A DNA stretch of 63,989 nt, counting the filler, from Dirinaria sp. TL-2023a (taxonomy: Eukaryota): assembly GCA_051941275.1 (NCBI GenBank). It is 4 parts of 4 records of this genome, joined end to end, with 100 filler letters (N's around TTAATTAATTAA, not from the genome) between each part and the next. Parts side by side here need not be neighbours in the genome. Positions count along the whole stretch, not along the records: positions 49,784 to 63,989 come from JAVEBF010000616.1; 3 more parts are not named here. One strand, 5' to 3'. The position numbers and the translations under genes were made by a program. The notes under the pieces were generated by a model. That model was not told the origin of the DNA and ran no database searches. It saw only the letters and a program-made list of their open reading frames with translations. Shown here one piece after another: positions 57,062 to 63,989 of this stretch. Each line of letters starts with the position of its first letter. Position 1 is the first letter of the stretch.

Positions 57062-59132
57062 GGCGCGCTTCCAAGATCTTATCCTAGAGTTTTTCCAACC
57101 GATCTTACCAGCCTTTGAGGACTGGGAAAACCTATGGCTCACACTTTGGCAGCGTGCAACTTCTGGGCGAGCCACTTTGTTGCGATGCCTTGATGTCGGT
57201 GGAAACCTTTGTTGACGGTCACGGCTCCTGATCTCGCCGTGAACTTGTCGAGATAAGACAGCTTGATCGATACTTTTCTCTTCTTCGTAGTGCCGGTACT
57301 AGCGACGGCTTTGTGATCCCAATTGTAAATGTTTGTCAACGATCAGGACATGCAAGTTACCGTAGTATGCAGGCAGCTTCTGTCATGGAAGCGTCGAAGA
57401 TGATACTAAAGTGGATCACAGGGAAGCTAAAGACCGGCAAGCAGCAGAAATGCAAACGCCTTCTTTCCGCGCCACAGGTGGATGAGTCAGTGACGAGACG
57501 GGGTATGATACGTTATGTGTGAATCGACCTTAAGGCGGTTGCGAATGACGGGGGACGCACGTCGATGTGAGATGAGTTTGACTTGAGCGGGCAGCAAGCG
57601 AGTGATTGGGATGAATGCAAATGGGACGATGGCAAGGTAACGAGGGTGAGAGGAGAAAGTTGCGATGCAATAGCGTTAGGCGGTTGATATGCGGAGTTTC
57701 GAGATTGGGGGTGGAGACAAGAGCAAACCACGTTGCTAAACTTTGCGCTTTGCAGAGTGGAGAAAGCGCAGAAGGACGCAGACATGCGACTAGAAGGCTT
57801 CTTAGTGTCTTCTAGAAGTAATGTCGAAGGTCCGGTGGTCCAATGAAGAGATGCATTGGTCTAAGCCTTGCATGCCCCCCTTACGCAGTACGTCCGGTGC
57901 CCTGTTGGGTTTTGCGAAGCGCTTCTGTTATTCCCAGCCCGGCCAGTGTCCATCCGCTCAAGTGCAATTCTTGCCACTTGCCACTACCGTAAGCCCACTT
58001 GGCCTTTTGCCGCTGAACCGGCAGAGGCTGCCCACGCAACTCTACATATGACGCTAAGCCTGTCGGAAGGCAAGGGCTGGGGTCGGGGGGAGAAGGAGTG
58101 CCGAAGGGGTTCACGTTGCGAAACCCTCTTGATCTTCCCACGTCAGAGCCGACCACTCGCTCAGCGGTGACAGGGAGAATTGTTCTCTGCAGGGCGCGGC
58201 GAAGCCGTTACACATTGAGTCGATTTCCAACACAAAATTCTCCGATGGGGGCGTGCAGTCCGTCCATCCTGTTCCAGCATGGTTGGCCGCACCCCACCCG
58301 CAGTCTCAGGACTTTCTCCCTGTGCCAATGCTAAAGTCCTCAACCGGGACCCCTAGCACGGACGGCGCTGATTGGTATCCGTCTGCTTCCAGGATGCCGC
58401 CGCTTTATGCTTTCTGCCCATGAAATGATCAGGGTCCCTGCCTGGTGATAGGGTGTCTTGACCGAGAAAACGGGTTGATTACTCAGAGATCGTCAGCAAA
58501 CCGAGCCATCTGATTGTCGCGCATAATAATACGGTATGAGCAGGCTGCAGAGTAACTTTCCTGGCCACGGCGACGTTGTCAGTACTTTCATCATTTTCAT
58601 CGTCCCCCCACTATCACCATTAATCTGACGTGCTCAACGAAAATAACTATTCGTATACGATTATTTCCAGAGCTGAGATTGGCCTCATTGCGTCAGCTTT
58701 GCTGCCGACAAGCAATGTATGGTGACCCGAAAATAATAATGTCTTTCCAGAAGACTTTCGTCATGCGGTAGCCGACGCCGATCACTTTCATGACATGCGA
58801 ATCTTGTCCTTGCGCTTATGTTGCACTTGTACACGAATAATGCATTATTGCCGCGAAGCCATTTCTTTGGCCAGCTTCTTGTGCGACATTACAATACTTC
58901 CCTCTCCAACAGCTTACAGCGCAGATCATCTACACTGCGATGATGGTATTCCGACGCCCCGCGGAAGCCTTGATGGAGCGTTGTAGAGTAAAATCTGTGC
59001 ACAGCGTGAATCTCAGCCCACAGGGCTAGCCAGGGGTCATGCTCGCGCAGACATTCCTTCGCTTTCCGATATAGAAGTTATATATATTTTTGTCCACAAG
59101 CACCACTACCAACCAATTGCAAGATGTCATTT

Positions 59133-61451
59133 TTATGTTTTGCCGGGATTGCTGCTACCTGAAAATAGGCGCAAGCGAGTACCGGAAGCTGTTTCAAGGT
59201 TGACCATACCAACATCCCATCCAGCAGAAGATATTTGATCGACAAAAGTGGGCCAGCGTCCATTGAGATCGGTGAGCGTGGATGACAGCTCATCCAAGAC
59301 ATCAGTAGCTGATGCGCTTGTCGCGTGTCTTCTGTTCAGTCGATATGCAAGCAAGAGAGCATTCGCCCACGCCTTCAACAACGCCATTGGCCTCGAGTCC
59401 TCCTTCATGACCAGACGGGCTGTTTTGTACGTGCTATCGTACCAAAGCAGGTACATTTCCTGGTCAAAAATTTGAAAAAGCTTCTCTAGCTCTGGGCTGG
59501 CTTCACGAGTAGAACTTGTAACAGCATGAGCTGGCGAGAAAGATTCCAGAAGTGACTGCAAGGGTACTCCGATGCAACCTTTTGCAAACGGCGCAGAGCC
59601 TCTCCAGCGAAGTAGGCCGTCCCGCTCAAAGATATGCTCTTGCTGCGATACTTCTTCTGGGATCAAAATTCTGTTCTCATCCCAGAAGACCGAAAACACT
59701 ATATTAGCTCTTTGCTTATTTAAACTTCGCAAGCTGACAGCTCTGACAGCTGCATGGTTCATCGCGAGATGTACTGATAACAGCATGATCAAGCATGTCC
59801 AAGTAGCAGCCGTTGTTGAGATCAGTGAAACTGCAACGCTTCCGGCCTAAAAGTTGTCTCAGTAGTATCATGGCAACGCTCTCTGGAGACTTACCAGCAT
59901 TCCCAACAAAGAAATTACTGTCTCTTGGCTTGAATCTTTCTGTGCTATCATCAGCCCTATGCTCGCAGCAAGTATTTTCACTTGAGGTTTTTTCCACAGG
60001 CTTCGAAAAATTTCTTTCTTCATGATCAGCAGAGGGTCCGAGATGCGAAGCCCACTACCAGACCCTAAGCCTTCTCAGCGCAACGGAACAGTCTGATCTC
60101 AGGATGGCTAAATAATAGGATGACCCAGGACTATTACCGAGTGCAACCTGATGCTGGGCAAATTTTGGTCATTTGAACCCAAACCGGTCCATCCTCAAGA
60201 GTATCAAGTCGTTAAAGGCCTTAAAATTTGTAAGGCGAACCACGCTGCATATGTGTTACGTAGAGGACTGAGCTGCTTGGGTGTTGGAAGTTCTAAAAGC
60301 CACCCAAGCGCCTTGACCAACAGGCCTTTTGAGGTGATAACGAGGATCATAGACCATATGATAAATATCGCAGTTCGGGGAAGATAGCAAAGAAATAAAT
60401 ACCTACAGCATTCAGTTCCCCTAGGTTACCCCATTTGGCGAAGTGAGCACTCAAAGTTGCTTTCGAACTCCCGGCTGCCACACCACACAGGGCTCTCAAT
60501 ACGCTTGAAAAGCCTAGTAAGAGCACTTTTGCGGCTCTTGGTAGAGCTGGAGACAAGCAGTCCAGTACCTATGTATCCATTAGCAAAGTCTGTGTCACGC
60601 ATATGTATGTATGTTGTCGCTGTTGGGTCGCCACATACCATCGCAGCATCGTTGAAAACATCAGCAGCAAGCCTGTACATTTTGCATTCAGGCTCAAGTG
60701 ATGTCCCGAGTTTGTGTGCAAACAGTATGGTTGCAATTCTACCCATACTTTCTTGTAGGATGGAGAGTAACAGAGCGGATGTGGGAGAAGCTGACGAATC
60801 CCCTACCCCAACGCCTACATACAATCGTATAAGGTACGGTTCAGCTTCTCTAGGCTTGTACTCGCCTTCAAGAACTGCCCTTGACGACAGAAGACCTGCA
60901 ATTGAGCTTGAAAAAGCCTGAAGGGAGTCCTATATGTTGCATTGTTGGATACAGATCCCAAGCATTGAGAGGTGCCATCATTACATATATCTGGTATCTG
61001 GGATCGCGTTAGTATTTCATTTCCTTGAGTCAAATCTGCGGCCTACTGTGTGTAATCCTAGTCAATATCAAGGACATTAGTCTTGACTGAAAACTTGGGG
61101 GATTAGAACGAGAGAAATTCAAGGCAGTCCTCTCAAGCCATGGAAGATGTACTTCGATGTTCGTCCTTTAGTATATTAAGAATGTGAACAAAGTACCTAC
61201 ACTCGTTACGCTATGGGGGTAACCAGCCGGAAGAAATACCGCCAGCACACGTGACCAAATGGTCTCATCTCGCGTCGGCTTCTGTAGCGCCGCAAAGCAT
61301 TAGGTATCAATAAAGAAGGACGAGACGTTGTATACGCTTGGTTGGCCTCAGAGTAACGTACGACTACATCGATCCTTGTACCAGCGCTCGAGGTCAAGTA
61401 GGTAGCGGTCAGAGCGCCCGTCTCATCTACTTCTTTCATTTCGAATATCAT
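59133..61451 (-). CDS. RUS1 / DUF647 family protein, multi-exon
   Basis: VFLPAGYPHSVT|DYTQ|YQIY|DSLQAFSSSIAGLLSSRAVLE|GVGVGD…LEPECKMYRLAADVFND…SAHFAKWGNLGELNA|KDSSQETVISLLG…LNKQRANIVF. Confidence 0.92.
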
Positions 61452-62051
61452 TTTTGTAGCTCTTCCTCGAAGTCAACCTTTCCGTTGGAGTAAGCTAGTA
61501 CCTTAGATTGAAGAATCTCATTTGCGCGTAAACTCGTACTGTAGTCACAGGAACAGAAGAAACCGAAAGCCCAGCCGAGAGCGGATTACTTTGGATTAGT
61601 GTACCAAGTGAATTGGAATTGCTGGAATCCAGTCCAACAAATGTTACCTTATCATCGCCAGCTCTGACTTCTAAATGAAACCTACATCAACCCTTGAATT
61701 CTGAAGGGACAAAGGGGAATTATCATACTTGACTATTCTGGGATAAAGCCGATAAAGCCGAGCTGAGAGAGAGCTTTCCTTATTGCGATGAAGCATTGTG
61801 GAAGTTTAAGGATTAAGGCATTGCCATATTACTAAGGTAACTGTATCACCTCATTCCGGATTCAGAGCACATCGGCACAGCCACGTAGTTATAAATCCAA
61901 CAAAACCCCCCGAATCACACCCAGCACATACCTTAGGCACAGACTCACATACTTTCCAAACCTTAGAAAGCAAAAACAAGTCAGTTACCTACCAGTCTCC
62001 CGTGTTGAGATCTACGTACAAAGAACCCAATACTGCCGCTACTCTCTCATC

Positions 62052-62371
62052 ATGGCCGACGTTGCAGCTCCTCACCATTACAAATTCAATATCCAGATGA
62101 ACTGCGGAGGGTGCTCTGGTGCCGTAGATCGCGTGCTCAAGAAACTGGAAGGTACATCATCCGCCGCCATCCACAGCGAAATCAGATATATGCAGCGAAA
62201 TGCTAATCCTCGCTTGCAGGTGTCAAGTCCTACAATGTCTCGCTTGAGAAACAAACAGCAGATGTCTACGCGGAAGAGACCCTTCAGTACGAAGCAGTCC
62301 TTGAAAAGATAAAGAAGACCGGCAAGCAGGTCAAGAGTGGGGAGAGAGATGGTGTTGCGGCTGAAGTATAG
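62052..62371 (+). CDS. ATX1: Copper chaperone ATX1 (HMA domain), 2 exons
   Basis: YKFNIQMNCGGCSGAVDRVLKKLE|GVKSYNVSLEKQTADV…LEKIKKTGKQV. MxCxxC motif. Confidence 0.93.
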
Positions 62372-63989
62372 GCTCAAGACTCGATGCCGGCGGTCAGTAG
62401 CTGGCTTGAGCTATTCAAAGGCCCGTTGTCGATTCCACGCTCAACATTCTATCACAGCTTGATCCTTTCTATTGCGAAAATCTTTCCTTCCACTGCTCTC
62501 AGGAACTCCAAGAATCTCTCGTCGCTTGCGAGAGCTACATCCAAAGTTCATTCAAGCTGATTCCTGGTGATGACTCTGATCGTAACCTTGGCCTACAGAA
62601 TCCAAATCCACGGTTCGACCGCCTTACTAAGTATTCTTGTTCCCGCTATAGTGCACTGTTGAGATTGATGATTTCCAAATCGCAATCCAGGTTTTCCCTA
62701 GATATCTAGTTACATGGCGCCCCGGGATCTGTGCATAGCCTCATATCGCCGCAGCCCTAGCAGCAGCGACCACCGAACGTCCGGAAATTCTAGCCTTGTT
62801 CTCTGCCCGTTGAGTTGCACACCTGCTGGAACTGTACTCTGCTCTGCTCATTTCATTGGCACTCTTGTTCCAACCTCTGCGAGACGTGACGCAACAGTAA
62901 CGCAGATTGTTCCTCCGGAAAATCAGCTTGGTTCTTGCAGCTCTTATACATAAATATGGGGATAATGTCGAACCCATGACAATGGCTATTTGGCTATACC
63001 TGAATCGATTTCCCTCCGCCAGTTCCCTCGGAGCTTCTCCTTCCCTCATGTTTCTCTTAGGGCCGCTACTACCATGATCCTAAGACGTTATCTATTACCT
63101 TGGACTAAAGAAGCTTTTGCCAAAGCAAGTCGATCTAATTGCTCACATGCAACCAACCCGCCCTTCACCTGTACATACGCATGCAAAAGAGGAACGTACC
63201 AAAAGGGATGGAAAGATTGAAGATGCCTCCCGAGCCATTCGCCTCGTCATTACGTCTATCTATGAAATCAATGAAGGTGTAGCGGAAAAGCATTTGATGC
63301 ACAGCAATAGAGGGCTATACTCCTGCAGATATCACTATCAGTGTGTCCCTCAAGGCCCGATTGTCGGATAGAGCAGACTCTCCACATGAAGCATGCCATT
63401 GCCTTTCATGCCTATAGACCTGAGCCGCTGGATACTCTTCTGTAGTTCTCAGACTAACATAGTATTCATAACGCAAGTAGACTAGGATACAGAGGGAGAG
63501 AGGTAGCCCATGTCAGAGTTATCCCGGGCTTGATATTGCATAGTGACAGACCATCTGATAACAGGTTGTGATTAGAGAGCCGACTAGAGAGTTAATGATT
63601 GAAACTACCTATTTCTAACTTACTATCATGAAATCTCGCAATAGTCTGACAATCAATTGTATTAGTAGTGCTGTTGAAATTCAAACTCGAAATACGTTCT
63701 TGATGTTAATCCCCTAAAACTTAGGCTCTTCGGTCCCTAAACTCGCCGCCCGCACTTCTCGAACCACGGGCTCTCCCGGCGGGTTCTCTACCTAGCAGAA
63801 TACCCATCCGCTAGGCACATACATGTACCCCAAAGAGTCTCAATCAATCATAATCTAATCAAGCCCCGTCCAGCATCACGATGTAACCGCCGCTGCCCGC
63901 TGGCTCGCTTCTCTAAAAACGCGTGCCCAATATTAATACCAATACCAAACCTCCAATCCCCAACCCTCTCTCTTATCCAATAAATACCA

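Noticed and set aside
60070..60105. CTGAGA motifs in the RUS1 intron suggesting a TPP riboswitch
   Set aside because: The conserved TGATCTGGATAATACCAGCGAAAGG half of fungal TPP aptamers is absent.

Overview
This is fungal (Pezizomycotina-type) genomic DNA made of four unrelated contigs joined by artificial N-TTAATTAATTAA-N linkers (16548-16647, 33128-33227, 49684-49783), so adjacency across the linkers is meaningless. Contig 1 holds core genes (putative glycosyltransferase, QCR6, WBP2-like, F-box/WD, GPI18, BLM10) plus a 190-bp fold-back element. Contig 2 holds Y14/RBM8A, a ZNF207-like gene, a sulfotransferase-like P-loop gene, a membrane protein, GH76 and an intron-containing tRNA-Leu(CAG). 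These are followed by a decayed block of a 5'-nucleotidase fragment, an MFS transporter and a P450. Contig 4 holds a Ser/Pro-rich ORF, an RGS protein, RUS1/DUF647 (micro-exons, structured 467-nt intron) and ATX1. Contig 3 (33228-49683) is an accessory island with no housekeeping genes. It contains an Mx-like dynamin, SET and BTB fragments, an intact ADP-ribosyltransferase-like (R-S-E) ORF, and a two-gene module bracketed by inverted repeats. That module pairs a MazG/DUF550-like all-alpha NTP pyrophosphatase with a P-loop kinase-HAD-uracil phosphoribosyltransferase fusion. It is the best candidate for an undescribed nucleotide-modifying or defence system. The island carries a distinctive CC>TC / GG>GA hypermutation signature (in-frame TGG>TGA, Gly>Glu/Asp, Pro>Ser) that differs from canonical CpA RIP. 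All family assignments come from motif recognition by eye; no searches were run.
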